Source: Naegleria gruberi (taxonomy: Eukaryota). From it: a stretch of DNA of 64,000 nt. Below are positions 34,588 to 46,329 of this stretch, one piece after another. The DNA is taken from the NCBI GenBank assembly GCA_000004985.1, contig GG738884.1. The stretch is one strand, 5' to 3'. Both the position numbers and the translations under genes were made by a program. Within the stretch, counting starts at the first letter, position 1. Every line of letters starts with the position of its first letter. The notes under the pieces are model-generated. The model did not search any database. It was given only the letters and a program-made list of their open reading frames with translations, and was not told the DNA's origin.

Positions 34588-36201
34588 TTCCAATAAGAAG
34601 ACTCACTAAAGATTAATACCTATAGCTATGCAGTTAGTGTGACCACTTGTTTAAATTAGTTTATACTATTGTTTCCAATAGAAGCGGTATAATAAATTGT
34701 TTTTTTTTCTGAAAGAAGTCTAACAGTAACTGAGCATGCGACCTTTATTCCATCAACAACATGTTTTGCAATACACTTTGAGAATTAAATACAAGTTTGG
34801 TACTTCGATCACAAAGTATGCACAAGTCAATTGTTGCATGAAGAGTTTCATGTGAGATGCAGCGCAAAAAAAGTAGCGGTTGTAATACAAGATCCAATTG
34901 TACAATTATATCGAAATTGATCTTGATAATGGTAATTTTTGTTGCCCAAGTGAATTTGTTTTTGGCAAGGAAAAACACATTTTTGGAGAATAAAATTGAA
35001 ATTGTTCATGATACCATTTATATTCATTACCAGTTATGATGATTGAGAACGGAAATGTAATTTTAAAAAAAAAGTTGGTAAGCAAATCACATGACATTGT
35101 TAAAATCGTGAAATTAGTTTGCTAAAAAGATAAGAAGGACTTTGTTGAAAATGAACTTATTTGTGTCAAAATCTATTCGAAAGGAAAGCAACAACTTTAG
35201 GAATTAGTCTTTACTTTTATGTATTTGAAGAGTTAAAAAGAGGGAAAGGGTCTCTACAAGGTGTTTGATTAAATAGGTTTCGTATAAGTTGGCTCTTTAA
35301 AAATGGCTTTTTATTGGAAAGTGAAGAGAATCATGACATTAACATTTATCAAGTGTTAATATCTCTTGATGATTTCTTTTCTTTATTAATTAAAAATTCT
35401 CATTGTAATCCTATTGTAATGTTAATACATTATCCGAAATTGGTAATGATAAATACTCAACATCTGTTGTATCAAAGTTTCTAATTCGAATAGATAATTT
35501 TTTCAACGTTGAACCCCTTATTGGAAAATGAATTAATCAAAATATTCGATACAATGCGACATGATCACCACAACATCTAGGTTCCAATTCTAATGATTTA
35601 CAAATTGGAGTTTTTACAGTTTTTGTTAAATGAATAACATTCAGGGATGATTGTTTAAGAAGGAAAAAATCGAATAAATTCTTTCGGATAGTATCGAATA
35701 GAATACATGAAATTTGGGTGATACTTTTCAATTTGGTCAATTTACACGTTAATAAAACGGTTCTCACTAAAGTTTATGAGATTGCTACACTTATTGTCCT
35801 CACGCAATCAATTATTTTAGTTTATTTCCTTGATTAACAACCAAAACAACAAAATTGTAATGATTCATGAAAGTAGTTTCAAAGTTTGGAATATAATGGA
35901 ACATCTTCTCTCCAATTATCCTTCTTGAAATACTTCTTAGCCATTATCAGACAAGTCAATGCTCTTTGCCTTGGATTTTGGGATCCCAAAACAAGTCCAT
36001 TTGCATTGGCTGGATCATAATTAGAAATATGCACATTGAATGAAAACCACTGTGGTTCCTTATTGATTTAAGATGAATGGTTTCAAGTTACAATAAAAGA
36101 AATATGATAAAATAACAATATGAAACCTTCATTCCAAAGGTGTGATGACTTCATTGACCACAAGTTCTAAGACATATAGAAAATTTTCATCATGAATGTA
36201 A

Positions 36202-36275
36202 GCAGCGATAGATCAGTTGGTTAGATCGTAAGCCTAACACGCTTAAGGTCGCGGGTTCAAGCCCCGCTCGCTGTA
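36202..36275 (+). tRNA. tRNA-Val (anticodon AAC)
   Basis: Cloverleaf by inspection. Acceptor GCAGCGA/TCGCTGT (G1-U72 wobble). D-stem GATC/GATC. Anticodon stem TAAGC/GCTTA with loop CTAACAC. Variable loop AGGTC. T-stem GCGGG/CCCGC with T-loop TTCAAGC (B-box GGTTCAAGCCC). Discriminator A. Confidence 0.85.
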
Positions 36276-36278
36276 ACC

Positions 36279-36282
36279 TTTT
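36279..36282 (+). terminator. Pol III terminator T-run downstream of tRNA-Val
   Basis: TTTT starts 4 nt after the tRNA 3' end. Confidence 0.5.
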
Positions 36283-36338
36283 AACCAGTTTTTAACCATA
36301 ATTTAATCAACATTTTTACAACTTCAACAATTTTCTGA

Positions 36339-37706
36339 ATGTTCAAAACAACAACAATACCTAAATTAATCACAAAAAAAATGCCAAAACACAACAAATC
36401 TCTCACCACATCCAAATCAATTCCATCATCGGAAGAACACTCGGGAATTAAAAAAAAGCAAAATACACAAACTGTCTTGGTTAATTCCATCAGAAAGAAA
36501 AAAATAGAAAGAGCCATCAAGAATGATTATGAAACTGAGAAGGCTAAAAAGGAAGAAGATAAGAATGATTTTCTCTCCAAGATGAGTGAAGACTATAATC
36601 CAACATCAACGGAAGGTCAATTCGAAATGATGAGAGGCTTGATGAAAAAGACAACTAAAAAATCAGGTCTTGATATCTTTGATGATGATGAGGAAATGGA
36701 AGAATCTAAAAAGAAGGATGAGGAACCAATTGATGAAAATCATCTTGTAAAAACTAGTGAACAACAAGTTTCAATTTTGGAAAAAGTCTTGTCGAAAAAG
36801 AAGAAATCCGAAGAACTCAAGAAAAAGTATGAAAAGAAGGAAGCTATGGAAAAGATTGCTTTGGAACAATTACCATTCTCAAAGAGTACTACCAAGTCAA
36901 CAACCACTCCATCATCAACATCAGCAACAACAACATCAAGTGTGAAATCAACAACAACAACAACAACAACAGACTTTATTCCACTTGCTGTTCCACAAAC
37001 AGAAGTTAAATCCATTGATAAGGATTTACCTTTCGTGAAGGCACCAATCTCTAAAACTATTTGCTTGCATTGTGAAAGAGAAAGAACCATCAGGGGTTTA
37101 ATGATCAAATATGTTATTGTCACCAACGATCAAGATGAAGTTATTTATCATGCTGCTTCAGAAGATACACTCCGAGCCATTGCTGAAGATAAAGAAGCAG
37201 TAGCCTCATCAACACAGGCAAATATTTCTCTGGGAGAGGTCACTTACTCACTCCTCACTATTCGTGAACATTTGAGTAAGATTTTCAGAAAAACTTTTGT
37301 AATTGTTGGTTACACAATTTACAATGACATGATTGGTATTTTTGGTCCAAGAAATATTCGTGAATTCCAAAGTAAATTGAGAGATGTCGGTATTGTGGAT
37401 CCAAACACAGAACAACCACTCGATAGATCCATGCTTACCAATGTATCCGTACTCTTGAGCAAATTGCTTGGTCTCAACAATACCAAAAAGATGACTCGTA
37501 TCGAAAACACAACCAATATCTATAAGGCTTACAAATTGCATTCCAAGATTTTTGACAAGTATTCAAAACAATCTTCACTCGATTTATTAGGATTTGAGGA
37601 AAGACAATTAATCAAGAAGGAAAAGAAAGTTCAATACCAACAAAAATACATGACTGCAATCAATGGCAGTATTGACAATATTCTCTCTCAAATGAAGAAT
37701 AAATAA
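36339..37706 (+). CDS. Hypothetical protein with degenerate DEDDh (REX4/ISG20-like) exonuclease-like core
   Basis: Lys/Glu-rich N-terminus and poly-Thr linker. Core ICLHCERERT (ExoI-like, Asp->His), MIKYVIVTNDQDEVIYHAASED, FVIVGYTIYNDMIGIF (ExoII-like, His->Tyr). Resemblance is weak. Confidence 0.5.
   Translation: MFKTTTIPKLITKKMPKHNKSLTTSKSIPSSEEHSGIKKKQNTQTVLVNSIRKKKIERAIKNDYETEKAKKEEDKNDFLSKMSEDYNPTSTEGQFEMMRGLMKKTTKKSGLDIFDDDEEMEESKKKDEEPIDENHLVKTSEQQVSILEKVLSKKKKSEELKKKYEKKEAMEKIALEQLPFSKSTTKSTTTPSSTSATTTSSVKSTTTTTTTDFIPLAVPQTEVKSIDKDLPFVKAPISKTICLHCERERTIRGLMIKYVIVTNDQDEVIYHAASEDTLRAIAEDKEAVASSTQANISLGEVTYSLLTIREHLSKIFRKTFVIVGYTIYNDMIGIFGPRNIREFQSKLRDVGIVDPNTEQPLDRSMLTNVSVLLSKLLGLNNTKKMTRIENTTNIYKAYKLHSKIFDKYSKQSSLDLLGFEERQLIKKEKKVQYQQKYMTAINGSIDNILSQMKNK
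36951..36971 (+). repeat. (ACA)7 simple repeat within CDS
   Basis: acaacaacaacaacaacaaca encodes a poly-Thr run. Confidence 0.6.
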
Positions 37707-37993
37707 GATGAAATTTCTAATGAGGACTCTGATGATTTCAAAACAAAGTCGTAACCAATTTGGTCCCAGACAGCAATTGCCCCGAGAGTGATTAACAAAC
37801 TTGCACCCTCATCCGGAGTTTCAGCAAAGATTGAGGAAGCTTTTCTCCCATCTTCTTACCGTTAGAATTTTATCTATTAAAAAATACGTCACCACGTTTG
37901 CTTGTTGGATTCTTTTTTAGCGTCATCAAGAAAGATTTTTTCTAAAGAACAAACTCTGTGAATATATATTACTTTTATAATAACAACATCAAA

Positions 37994-38942
37994 AATGTCC
38001 AATACAGGAGGAGAAGTGCAGGAATACTTGTATAAGATTCTAGTAGTTGGCGATATAGGTACCGGAAAGACTAGTATTATTAAACGATATGTACATAATA
38101 TTTTCTCTAATACATACAAATCAACTGTAAGTTTATTTGGATACTTGATGGATTAATGATTGTGAATGTATTTAATTCATGGTGTTATGTTGATAAACTG
38201 ACTTTTAGATTGGTGTTGATTTTGCTCTCAAAGTTTTAAACTGGGACGACAACATCATAATTAGACTTCAATTATGGGATATTGCCGGTCAGGTAAGCAT
38301 TGTTTTAGATTAAATCATACTAATTATTTACTTTATTAATATCTAATGAAAATAATACACTATCAATTACTAATGATGATATTAACAAATACTTTACTAA
38401 TAATTTTACATCAAATGATGAACATTTACGATTAACAATCATCACGTTTTGCTAATTTTAATCAATTATTAATAATGATTGACAATTAATAGGAAAGATT
38501 CGGTTCCATGACAAGAGTTTACTACAAGGAGGCTGTTGGTGCTTTTGTTGTGTATGATATTACTCGTCCTCCAACATTTGAAGCTGTACAAAAGTGGAAG
38601 AGTGATATTGAACACAAAGTTTTCCTTCCTGATGAACGTCCAATTCCTTGTGTATTACTTGCCAACAAGTGCGATCTTCCAAGTGCTGTTTCCAAATCAA
38701 AGGAAGAAATGGATCAATATTGTCAAGAAAATGGATTTATTGGTTGGTTTGAAACAAGTGCAAAGGACGATAAGAATATCAACGAAGCTGCCAACTTTTT
38801 AGTGAAAAAGATCTTGGAAAATCATGCAGAAATGAACAAACAACAAGGTGAAGAACAACCACGTGATGATGTTGTTCAATTCAGTGAAAAACCTCAATCA
38901 CAAAATCCAAAACCATCATCTTCAGGTGGATGTCAATGTTAA
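37994..38942 (+). CDS. Rab32/Rab38-family small GTPase; exons 37994..38126, 38209..38292, 38493..38942
   Basis: P-loop GDIGTGKTS. Switch II WDIAGQERF (Ile in place of Thr is diagnostic of the Rab32/38/29 group). NKCD, ETSAK, C-terminal GGCQC prenylation motif. Introns GTAAGT..ttttAG and GTAAGC..attaatAG, both phase 0. Confidence 0.8.
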
Positions 38943-39157
38943 ATTATTTTCAATTTGGATTACTTTGGAACTGACCGAATGTCAGTTTAGTAGTCATTTT
39001 TTGTGACACTTTTCAAATAACTGTACATAGAGAGCTTGATGCATCTCACACAAGTAAATATATTGTTGTTTAATCATATCAAGTTGTCAGTATCCTCTTT
39101 TCTACCAAGTATTAAAACATTTTTCAGACAAAAACGAAGATTGTACAATTTAATTTT

Positions 39158-40864
39158 TTAATCAAAAGATACTTTCCTTCTTTCTTCACTAGTTTTTGGT
39201 TTTTCCTCATTATTTGATTCTTCCAAGTCTATTGGTTCAGTAATTATCTTGGAATTACGATTCTTGTTGAAAGCAGCTTCGAGTGAGGACTGGTATTCAT
39301 TACATCCCGTCTCAGGTGTGTGCCTATTTTGAAAACGTCTTTCCATAAATCTTCCACCAATCTGTTTGACCCCTGTTGAAACTGTTGGGGAGGTACTCTT
39401 GTGTAATATTGAGGAATGTGGTTTGCTTTCTGAAACGGATGGTAAATCTGATGAAGGGGATGGAGAATGACTAGTTTCATCATTTTCAGTCTTTTTATCA
39501 GATTTGGCGATCATTTTCTCCTTCTTTTCTGAAAGATGGGAGAATTTAGAATCTATTATTTCCTCCTCCTCGTCATCGTCATTGGTTTTCTTGATCTTAA
39601 TTTCCTCATCATCCTTTTCCCAGTCACTGTCATCACTTTCATCATTATCATCTATAACGACTGGTTTCTTAACTGTCACAATTGGTTGCTTGGCAGTTGT
39701 ATTTCTAATGGATACAGCTAAGCGTGGAGATTCACTTGTTTCAATACTTGGTGTGACATTTACTTCTGTTGGTGAATTTGGTGATTGAATATCCTTATTG
39801 GAAGGAACATTTTGGGTGGTTTCTTTCTGTGAAACAATAGGTTGCTGTTGTTGTGGAATGTTAGTGATTCCATGGTTGATAATTTCCAAATTTGAATCAA
39901 TGCTAGTCAATTTGAGCATTGCTTGAAGAGGAGAAACTAAACATGTGGAAAATTCTCTTTCAATAAACTCTCTTAGGCCAACAATTTCATCTCTTCCTCT
40001 AAAATTAACATTCAAACCAAAGATTACATCTCTAATAAAATACAAGGTAATAGTAGTGAAAAGTAAGAGGGATAATAATTGTGGAAGAATGGAACTAGTT
40101 TCCAATTGTTTCTTAATAAATGGAATTGATGTGTTAAATGCTAATTTTTCACCTCCCCAACTTATATCAGTACTTTCCAAAATACTAGGAATGAAACTAA
40201 TCCAATCGAAACTAGCTTGTTTTAACGAAACTACTACATTTGATAGGAAAAGAGACAAGATACAAAACCAATAAACCATCATTCTACTCTCTCTCACATA
40301 AGACTTATTCACAATCAAAGAAATATATGGCAACACAACCAATGGAATGTGAATCAACCATTGCAACATGAAAATCAACTTGGTTGCCGAAAGATTTACA
40401 TTCGTAACAAGTCTCTTCTCATGTTCAAATCCCACAGAGAAGGAAACCACAAAATGATCAGATGCCGACCCAATATTCTCACTACTACCTACTACAGATG
40501 ATGGCTGCTTTTCCAGAAAGGATGACAACACCAAAGGTAACAAGACTGGACATATCAACTGACTCACCACCACCAAAAACAATGAATAATTAATTAGACT
40601 TTGAATGGTAGTAACAGGATTGAACCAAGATGATGATGATGATGTTTTGGAGAATTTACTAATGGTATGATCTGATGACAATGATTTTTGATTAAATTCA
40701 TCAACAATAATATTATCAACTAGTTGACGATTATTATAAGAATTAATAGCTATCATGGAAGGAGAAGGTAAATTAATTTTACCTCTTGTTGTTGTTGTTG
40801 TATCAAATGATGATGATGATAAGGGAGGACGGGAAACACCAGTCGAAGAAGAAGCACCAATCAT
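39158..40864 (-). CDS. Hypothetical multi-pass membrane protein with acidic C-terminal tail
   Basis: 568-aa ORF from ATG 40864. Several hydrophobic helices in the N-terminal half (LFLVVVSQLICPVLLPLVL, LIHIPLVVLPYISLIV, VYWFCILSLFLSNVVV, LLSLLLFTTITLYF). D/E-rich C-terminal third. Confidence 0.55.
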   Translation of the reverse strand: MIGASSSTGVSRPPLSSSSFDTTTTTRGKINLPSPSMIAINSYNNRQLVDNIIVDEFNQKSLSSDHTISKFSKTSSSSSWFNPVTTIQSLINYSLFLVVVSQLICPVLLPLVLSSFLEKQPSSVVGSSENIGSASDHFVVSFSVGFEHEKRLVTNVNLSATKLIFMLQWLIHIPLVVLPYISLIVNKSYVRESRMMVYWFCILSLFLSNVVVSLKQASFDWISFIPSILESTDISWGGEKLAFNTSIPFIKKQLETSSILPQLLSLLLFTTITLYFIRDVIFGLNVNFRGRDEIVGLREFIEREFSTCLVSPLQAMLKLTSIDSNLEIINHGITNIPQQQQPIVSQKETTQNVPSNKDIQSPNSPTEVNVTPSIETSESPRLAVSIRNTTAKQPIVTVKKPVVIDDNDESDDSDWEKDDEEIKIKKTNDDDEEEEIIDSKFSHLSEKKEKMIAKSDKKTENDETSHSPSPSSDLPSVSESKPHSSILHKSTSPTVSTGVKQIGGRFMERRFQNRHTPETGCNEYQSSLEAAFNKNRNSKIITEPIDLEESNNEEKPKTSEERRKVSFD

Positions 40865-41375
40865 CTTTGAATTAGTTTTCTCTTAGTTTGCGCGGCAGTT
40901 ACGTTTTTTTGTAATTTTTTTAATGATGTTGGTTATTTTGAATAAATTTGTTCCAGATCCAACTTTGGAAAATATATTAATCGGATAATGAAAGGTTTAT
41001 GATACTTTCGTCTAGTTTCTACTACTGAAAAGGTGTTTGGAGTTGTGTGTTAGAGGAGTTAGATATTCTTTTTTAAAAAAGTTTATTTAAAATATTCAAT
41101 TTTCAGTGTGATTCAAAATTGTAACAAAAATGAATCTCTTTTTCGAATCTTGAAAAACTAATTCATGATGATTAAACTGTACATTGTAAAGTTCTTTCAA
41201 AAATTGATTGAATTTAAACTTGCATTCCACATCCTTTGGTTAGCTACTATCCAAAATGAAATCTATTAGATTCTTGATGGAACACAATTCTCCATTAATG
41301 AAACTCTACGCTCAATGATCGCGCTCAAAGGATCCGCTTCTTTCAAGCCTCAGCAAAATACAAAATCCAAAAAAA

Positions 41376-43114
41376 ATGCTTAACTTGATCGCTTCTTTCA
41401 TGGGCACGATGGGGGAGGATTCGATGCGAGATGATCCTTCTTCTTCATCATCATGGTCCTTGTTGAGGGTTTTAATGATGATCGGGATGAGTTTGTTGGT
41501 AATTGTTGCTTCGTGGTTTGTGGTTGGATTGTTCAAGTTGATGAAGAATATGGCAAAGGTCTCTCATATTCCTGGTACTTTCCAATTTATGTTTTCTCCT
41601 ATTAGGATTCCATTGTTGGCTCCATTGTTTTACATGGGTAATTGGGAAGAAATCTATCAAGCCATTGATAAGTATGGAGATAAGAAGGGAAGTTTAAGAG
41701 TTTCTTATCAAGCTGGTAATACATTCACAACTTGTAATAAGGATATTTTGAAAGAAATTTTCATTACAAAAGCATCAGCTTTTGACAAGCCAGAGTTCTT
41801 GTATGATATGTTTAATTTGATAGATGTGAATATTTTGAGTGCATTGACTACAAGTGATTGGAAAAAACATCACAAAGTGGTAAGCCCTGCATTTTCAAAG
41901 GACAATTTGGAATATGTGTGTGAGGAAGCAGTAAATTGTACTGATTTGATGATGAAATTATTTTGGGAGAAGAGATTGAAGAAGGATGGAAAATTGACAT
42001 TGAGTGACGATGATTTCTGTTCCATCACATTGGAAGTTCTTGGTAGGGCTGGATTTGGACTTTCATTTGGCGTATTTGATGAAAAAGATGAAACTGGCAA
42101 ACAATTTAGAGATGCAGTTGAGAAGGTTATTAATATTGGTATAATGGTTAAAAGATTTGCACCAAACACCTTCCTCTATCATTTGATCCTCAAGTTAACT
42201 GGCATCGAGAAGGCTATCACTTTTGTGAATAATATTTTGGATAAGCATATTGAGGAGAGAAAGAAGGAAGCTGATGAAAACTTTGATAATTTCTCTAAGA
42301 GAGATATTTTGAGTTTATTAGTTAAAGGAAATACAATTGAGAAAGTATTGACTAATTCGGAGCTCAAGAGTAATTCTCTGCTGATTACTCTTGCTGGGGA
42401 TGAAACTACATCAACTACTTTAAGGTATGTCAAAAATTATTCAAACCATTTGATTCAAATATTACAAACTTGTAGTTGGATAATTTACCATTTGTCAAAG
42501 AATAAGGATGTCCAAGAAAAGGCTAGAGAAGAAGTTAACAAATTACTTCCAAATCAAGAAAAACCAAGTGCTGAAACTTTCGAAAAACTTGAATATATCA
42601 ATGCTATTGTTATGGAAACTTTAAGGTAAGTGGAATGGGTACTCATGTTTTTACTCATTCTTGAATTTTAGAGTAAATCCTGCTGTATTGGGTGTTCTTA
42701 AGGTTGCTAATAAGGATGTTCAATTAGGTGAATACAAGATTCCAAAAGGAACATTTATTGAAGGCAACATTTATGCAACTCATAAAGATTGGCCAGAGGC
42801 TAAGGTATTTAAACCAGAGAGATTTATGGATCCTGAGTTGAGAGCGAAATCTCAACATGATTTTTCATATCTTCCATTCTCATCTGGTATTAGAAAATGC
42901 ATTGTAAGTATTTGAATGTGTTTTAAATATTCACAAATTACAGGGATATAAATTTGCTAGTATGGAAGCATGTATGGTTACTGCAAGATTATTGCAATTT
43001 TACAAATTTGATTTGTTGAATGATGAAAAGAATGGAGATGTTATTATTCCATCAAGCGGTATTACAGTGAGGCCACTCAATCTCAAAGTTAGAATCACCC
43101 CATTGAATTGTTAA
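41376..43114 (+). CDS. Cytochrome P450; exons 41376..42424, 42476..42625, 42672..42903, 42944..43114
   Basis: N-terminal membrane anchor. I-helix AGDETTSTTLSW. K-helix ETLR. PERF-like FKPERF. Heme-binding FSSGIRKCIG with the Cys ligand, spanning exons 3/4. Introns GTATGT..tgtAG, GTAAGT..tttAG, GTAAGT..tacAG restore the frame. Confidence 0.85.
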
Positions 43115-43691
43115 CAAATAAAACACTTTGGTACCAAATCTTTGTATTAAGACATCTATTGATAATATTTCAACTTTGTTTGGTTAACATACTTCATCAA
43201 GGAAGTTAGACAACATGGTCATTTCGTCTTGGCTAATTTTTGGTACGAAAACTGTTGGTTGTTGAATTTCTGTGATTAAGGTTTTATCAAATCTGTCAAG
43301 CTTTTCTGGAATAAACTATTGCCATCAAATCCCTTCTTCTTAATTAGGTTCTCTCTTTCCACTTCTGTGGAAGAATTCCAAATTTTATCTGGTTGAAGAG
43401 CTGGAAGTGGGTAATGATTTAATTTTGACTCGGTGCTTTCCTGAAAGCTTTGTTGTTGCTTTTTTTTTAATATTTTTGGTGGTGAAGTGATTTGGCTTTA
43501 AAAGTGCACTGTTGCAACAAATTTTGCAAACATATCACATTGTAAAACATTCCAAATTCAATCAAGTAACCATTTTTAACATTATTTCAATATTCATGCT
43601 CCACCGAAATGGTGAAACTCAACATTTTTCTTGCTTCATATTAAACTTACAAAAAGTTCGACCATTTACAAGAATCAAATAAATTAAAAAA

Positions 43692-44486
43692 ATGTCGCAA
43701 CATCAATCTTCTCACTCATCACTTCTCCTCAATTTTGATCAAACCACAACAAGCATCTCTCATTGCTATAGTGGAGGTTGTGAAGGCACTGATTTTGAAT
43801 GGACAAAAGCTTTCGGAAAGAAGAGCATTGTCTATTCCTTTGCTGGACATCATCAGAGAGTATTGCCAAATGTTGGAGAACAAGTAATAACTCTGGACAA
43901 GAAAGAATTGGCGTTTGCTGATAAGAAATTGAGTGAAGCAAATAAGTATCTAAAGAGAAGGAATACCAAGTTCAATTTGCTGAGACGAAACTATTATATT
44001 ATCAGTAAGGCAGCTTCATGTTATGCCATTATTGAAGAGTTTGAGAATAAAACAGCAAGTAATAAGAGTTCGGTGAGAATAAGAGGAGGAACAGCTTGGG
44101 GATGTCAAATGTTTCTATTGAAATACATTTCGGAAAATCAAATACAAGATAAGAAGAATGTTCAACCCCATTTATATGCATTTTGTCAAGAAGCTGGTAA
44201 TTGTAAATGGTTTGGAATTTCTATGGATGTACAAGGAGGTGAAATTGTTAATACTGATTGGTCAGATATGAATCCAAAGAAATTGAGTGGAAAATTTGCA
44301 GGAATTGGTGTGAGAGCAATCAACGATAGTGGAAAACAAGCCATTCAAAGGTTAGCTAAGGAAGCCTCTATTGTGACTTTGAAAATAGATAGACCACAAA
44401 GTAGAAAGGATCCATATCCAGTTGTTTCAAAATCTCAGATCAATGAAATTATCTCAATTGAAGATGATTCAGAAGATGATGAATAA
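43692..44486 (+). CDS. Hypothetical protein
   Basis: 264-aa ORF with aaaaaaATG start. Cys-containing N-terminus (CYSGGCEGTDFEW), acidic C-terminus. No family recognised. Confidence 0.45.
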   Translation: MSQHQSSHSSLLLNFDQTTTSISHCYSGGCEGTDFEWTKAFGKKSIVYSFAGHHQRVLPNVGEQVITLDKKELAFADKKLSEANKYLKRRNTKFNLLRRNYYIISKAASCYAIIEEFENKTASNKSSVRIRGGTAWGCQMFLLKYISENQIQDKKNVQPHLYAFCQEAGNCKWFGISMDVQGGEIVNTDWSDMNPKKLSGKFAGIGVRAINDSGKQAIQRLAKEASIVTLKIDRPQSRKDPYPVVSKSQINEIISIEDDSEDDE

Positions 44487-44671
44487 ATCAAAAGAAAAGG
44501 AATGCATTTTTATCTCCCTCCTGACTTGGGAATTGTTTGCTGTGGGAGAAAATGGTAAACTATATCAACAACTTTTGAATAGGACAATTTTTGTCAGTTA
44601 TCATTAATGTTTCGAATATTTGAAGAACTGTTTCCTTGATCACGCCAAATCTTTCTCAAACATAAAAAAAT

Positions 44672-45025
44672 ATGAATAAGCAAAACGTTAAGCGAACAGC
44701 AACTGTTCACCAATACTATTCGATTCTTGCAAGCAGAGATTCTACAGGTTTCAGTTTCTCAAATCCCACAACCTTTGTTGAACCAGAAGCCACAACAAGA
44801 TGCACAACACGTTGTGATCAACAAATTCAAACAACCCAATCCTCTTCACCAACACTGCTAACCCACACCATACCACTCACTCATCATAATCGTTTCTATT
44901 CGAAATCAACAACAAACACCACAGGAATGAGTCAAGATGAAATTCGAAAGCTCTATGATAAGGCATGGGAATGGTTCAAAGAGCCAATTTCAATCCAACC
45001 CAATCAAAATACAATCAAAAAGTGA
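44672..45025 (+). CDS. Small hypothetical protein
   Basis: 117-aa ORF with aaaaaaatATG context. Thr-rich. Weak support. Confidence 0.3.
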   Translation: MNKQNVKRTATVHQYYSILASRDSTGFSFSNPTTFVEPEATTRCTTRCDQQIQTTQSSSPTLLTHTIPLTHHNRFYSKSTTNTTGMSQDEIRKLYDKAWEWFKEPISIQPNQNTIKK

Positions 45026-45630
45026 TTCTCTAGATTGGTTTCAATCAAAATCGTACCAATAAAATAAACGAGAATGTTGTCAATGTACATATTTGGAGTG
45101 TTTGACTTGTCGTTAAACAAGTTTTTCCACATTATTTGCCCAACAACACTGACAACCCATTACATGTTGGCTAGTTGTGATTACATTAGTGTGCCATGTA
45201 AAATCAATAGATAAAAAAATTTATCACTACAGGTTTATTACTCAGTTTACAACGAATCTATTCACTATCCTCTCTTCAATCCAGTTTGCTTCAATTACCA
45301 TGGTCTTATGAGTCCTATTGACGAACAAGTGAGAGGTCCCTCCAACCTGGTTCTTGTACAACAATGAATTACAGAATCGACGATAGTGAGCATCCATTTA
45401 CCTTACTCTCCACTCCCAATTTATAACCCAGGACAGTTACCACTGCCTGGTATAGATAAAAAAATGTAAATTTTAGGAAACAATATCAATTCAGGTTGAG
45501 AAAGTACCTGTTAGGATTATTGAACTCAATTGAAGAATATTTCTGCTAGACATTGCAATATTGTAATATTATTACAGCTGTGTTCTGTAATGGAATGGCA
45601 GTATTTCATAAAATCAAAATTTAAAAAAAA

Positions 45631-46329
45631 ATGGAAAAACCACTCAAAGCAACCTTCGCCTTCTTGCGACGTTTCTTCTGGGGATTGGAAGATTTTATCA
45701 ATTCACAAACAAAGATTTCCTTCCTCTCGATCAGTTCAAGTAGTACCACAATGATACTTACAAAGGGAACAAGTTTTCAAACCTATCTTGCCTATGCCAT
45801 TCTTGTTGATTGTTTGAGACGTTCATTCGGACTTGATTCATGTCCAATAGAGGTTGATTATTCGAGAGCAGAGTGCAAGGATTTTCTCATCAAAGTTACT
45901 GGATATCATCCCAGTTTTGTCACCTATGACTATTATATTAAACGATTTGATGGATTTATAATGAATTTGGATCAGACAAAATTATCTACTCAAGTACAGA
46001 GTTCATTGGAGTATTTATTGAATTTTCTACAGGTGGATGATAGTCGATATTTTGATGATGTTGAGGAGGCCAAGGGAAGTTATCATCGACCAATTCTATT
46101 TGTTTACTTGATGAAGAATGGAAAGAGATACCCCAAAGTTGAAGAATTAACAAAGCAAGTGGAAGAATTGATTGAAAAAACAAAATTTGATCCGAATCAA
46201 TTTCATATTACCTTTCTGTATGAAACAGTTTTTGTTGGGGAGGAGCAAGCAGAGAAATTAAGCAAACAAAATGATGCAGAATTCTATTCGGCAATTGAGT
46301 GGTTATTTAGTAAGTGTGCTATGAAATAA
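45631..46329 (+). CDS. Hypothetical protein
   Basis: 232-aa ORF with aaaaaaaaATG start. No recognised domain. Confidence 0.45.
   Translation: MEKPLKATFAFLRRFFWGLEDFINSQTKISFLSISSSSTTMILTKGTSFQTYLAYAILVDCLRRSFGLDSCPIEVDYSRAECKDFLIKVTGYHPSFVTYDYYIKRFDGFIMNLDQTKLSTQVQSSLEYLLNFLQVDDSRYFDDVEEAKGSYHRPILFVYLMKNGKRYPKVEELTKQVEELIEKTKFDPNQFHITFLYETVFVGEEQAEKLSKQNDAEFYSAIEWLFSKCAMK

Noticed and set aside
34594-36201. Looked for a tRNA-targeted retrotransposon (TRE/DGLT-A-like) in the 1.6-kb gene-free region next to tRNA-Val
   Set aside because: No ORF with RT, endonuclease or gag-like motifs, no LTR-like direct repeats and no poly-A tail remnant. Only the short GC-balanced block reported separately.
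36281-36520. 79-aa minus-strand ORF abutting the tRNA-Val gene, and 36740..37126 minus ORF
   Set aside because: They overlap the tRNA flank and the sense CDS of 36339..37706. Repetitive V/D/F composition typical of antisense reading through ACA/GAT repeats.
37707-37870. Box C/D snoRNA candidate (TCTGATGA motif) in GC-richer stretch after the 36339..37706 gene
   Set aside because: No convincing terminal stem or properly placed box D (CTGA) near a 3' end. More likely 3' UTR.
43190-43665. Possible minus-strand two-exon micro-ORF (MVELF + QQQSFQESTESKLNHYPLPALQPDKIWNSSTEVERENLIKKKGFDGNSLFQKSLTDLIKP)
   Set aside because: Its putative ATG would sit only 27 bp from the plus-strand ATG at 43692, leaving no room for a promoter. 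The acceptor would be a poly-A run. More likely untranslated leader or 3' UTR sequence.
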